Positions 62,235-64,000 of a stretch of 64,000 bases of DNA are shown piece after piece. The position numbers were made by a program, and so were the translations under genes. Under the pieces are notes generated by a model. It had not been told where the DNA came from, did no database searches, and saw only the letters and a list, made by a program, of their open reading frames with translations. This DNA is from Patellaria atrata CBS 101060 (Eukaryota): contig MU006096.1 of assembly GCA_010093705.1 (NCBI GenBank), positions 1,014,004-1,078,003 on the forward strand, given 5' to 3'. How positions within the stretch are numbered: the first letter of the stretch is position 1; every line of letters begins with the position of its first letter.

Positions 62235-64000
62235 ATGCTCGGCCAACTTCTACACTCGTTCAATCCCTCCCGTCGCGGAGTACCGCGCCCACCTACGATG
62301 ATCGAATCGGAAGTTGAAGATGCACATACGAAGAATCTACTGTTTCCAGACGCTGCTATACTGTTACCTGAGGGTCAGGCATATCACCTCTCGAGCCCGC
62401 CTAGTACCGTTGGAAATGTGTCTGGAAATGGTTATGACGGAACGCAAGAAGGGAATCTTTCAGATTTAGAACACTCAAGAGACGTTAGGTTTATAATAGC
62501 GCAAGATGAAGTACACGGCCATCGTGCGGTGTTGTTCGATTCAAAGCAGCACTCACTGTCCGAATCCCCGAAAGAAAGTCCTACAATGAGGGCAGTCCGA
62601 AGGCCTTCCGTGAGCGGTGGACCTTCACTGCCACCTACTGGCGCCTTCTCCTCCCGTAGAGCTTCGCTAACTTCAGAAATTACTCCACCACGGTCACCAG
62701 CTGCTCTCCCAGGCGGGGGAGTCTTTTTCCGTTCGCGAGCACGAAATACCTCTATATCGTCCATGCCCAACATTGATGAGACAACTTCTAATCGCACATG
62801 GGAGTCGGATGAGATAGTCAAGACGTGCTTAGACTGCATGTTCGGGAATGTAGCTATGGGGTATCGTGGACCGGGTTACAAGTTTCACATTGTACCCCTC
62901 GAGCCAAAAGCTCCTGAACAAAGTATCCCAAGCCCCATACTAGAAGGTTCAAGCTCTTTCGGTAGGGCGGAAGGGAGACGACGAAGTAATTTGGCACGAT
63001 CTTATACTCCATCGAATCCTCCTCCAGATCTACCTCCTTGGAGTGCTGAAAGCCCTAATCTGAGTAACAAAGACGCACCTCGCAGGACTTTAATCTACAC
63101 TCGTACCTTTTCCGTACCTGATCAGATTGAGCCAACGACTGGTACCCCTCGCGACAGTCCGATGACTCCCCATGGGTCGTTAAACAAAGGTCATAGCTTT
63201 CCATTTTCACGAAATGACGCAGGAAATAGGCCATCTAATCTTCACCAACAGAGATCCAGAGCTACTAAATCCCCAATGTACGCTATTACTCTTATAGTGC
63301 ACCTTCCAGTTTCGCAATCGCGCCCTTCGGTGCGGTTTCCTAAAATGGCCCAACGGACTCCAGGATCTCTCCACGGTCACGATTCTCTTGCATCCTCATT
63401 GGATTCAGATCAGCGTGCAGGATGGTCGCTGATTGACACTGCCTCTGTGATGGACTCGTTCTGGTCTTCAACTAGCGATGTCGATGAGCGCGTTGATGCA
63501 GTAGGACATCATTGGGATGTGATTACGCGAACTTTGAACGCACTACAAGTCGTGGCGCAGAAGAAAATTATCGAACTCTTTAAAGCACAAGGTATGGTCG
63601 ATTCAGCCGTACCTGCTTCCCAGTTGTCTAATCGCACGTCGCTCCCCACTCAAAACGGTCATCCTCAGGGCAATCGCCAACACTATCTTCGACCGTACGA
63701 ACTCGCCTTCGATAAGGAAATCAAGAATGCGGTTGCTCGTGCCAGCGAGAGGGTTGTACGTGGTATGAAGATTCCGAGAGTGATAACCGGGCAGGGTCGT
63801 TGGGGTGTCTGGCGTGAGGAAGCCAGATGGTTGGGACGATGGGCTGGTGGCCGAGATCAGAACTTCTTTTTCTTCAATCTTTTGACAGCATTCCTTGGGA
63901 CACATACTGAGTGGCTCAGCATACTTGGACCCAAATGGCATCGGAAACGACATTACGAGCAGCAGAAATCGAATGTCGGGGAAGATATTGGCCTATTTAG
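62235..64000 (+). CDS. LST4: Folliculin-interacting protein Lst4/FNIP, N-terminal part (runs off the window end)
   Basis: Manual translation from ATG 62235 (absent from the ORF track): ESEVEDAHTKNLLFPD, DVRFIIAQD...VLFDS, LDCMFGNVAMGYRG...KFHIVP, MYAITL, HWDVITRTL, WREEARW...QNFFFFNLLTAFLGTHTEWL. These resemble FNIP N-terminal longin and middle-domain motifs. Confidence 0.85.
   Translation, partial: MLGQLLHSFNPSRRGVPRPPTMIESEVEDAHTKNLLFPDAAILLPEGQAYHLSSPPSTVGNVSGNGYDGTQEGNLSDLEHSRDVRFIIAQDEVHGHRAVLFDSKQHSLSESPKESPTMRAVRRPSVSGGPSLPPTGAFSSRRASLTSEITPPRSPAALPGGGVFFRSRARNTSISSMPNIDETTSNRTWESDEIVKTCLDCMFGNVAMGYRGPGYKFHIVPLEPKAPEQSIPSPILEGSSSFGRAEGRRRSNLARSYTPSNPPPDLPPWSAESPNLSNKDAPRRTLIYTRTFSVPDQIEPTTGTPRDSPMTPHGSLNKGHSFPFSRNDAGNRPSNLHQQRSRATKSPMYAITLIVHLPVSQSRPSVRFPKMAQRTPGSLHGHDSLASSLDSDQRAGWSLIDTASVMDSFWSSTSDVDERVDAVGHHWDVITRTLNALQVVAQKKIIELFKAQGMVDSAVPASQLSNRTSLPTQNGHPQGNRQHYLRPYELAFDKEIKNAVARASERVVRGMKIPRVITGQGRWGVWREEARWLGRWAGGRDQNFFFFNLLTAFLGTHTEWLSILGPKWHRKRHYEQQKSNVGEDIGLF

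Overview
Gene-dense, intron-containing DNA from a filamentous ascomycete (Pezizomycotina-like, judged from GT..CTRAC..AG introns and gene content). Housekeeping genes: 5' end of a PMC1-type Ca2+ ATPase, TIM23, TYW2/TRM12, the PP2A catalytic subunit, ATP17, complex I subunits NDUFS4 and NDUFB11, IML1/DEPDC5 and the 5' part of LST4/FNIP. Other genes: an intact 8-exon NACHT-type NLR with about 14 near-identical 28-31 aa repeats plus ankyrins, a divergent pair of Zn2Cys6 factors, a CYP504/PhacB-like P450, a GT2-like protein, DUF4202, a PRRC2-like low-complexity protein and several conserved unknowns. Decayed DNA: APH-kinase and F-box pseudogenes, an AhpD-like remnant and a 359 bp TIR element. The main unexplained pattern is a series of sharp C-rich to G-rich strand-skew inversions about every 8-10 kb; they occur in genes of either orientation and in intergenic DNA, and they visibly bias encoded proteins. 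IML1 and LST4, subunits of the two Rag-GTPase GAP complexes, are neighbours. All calls come from manual translation and motif recall; no database searches or computations were run.
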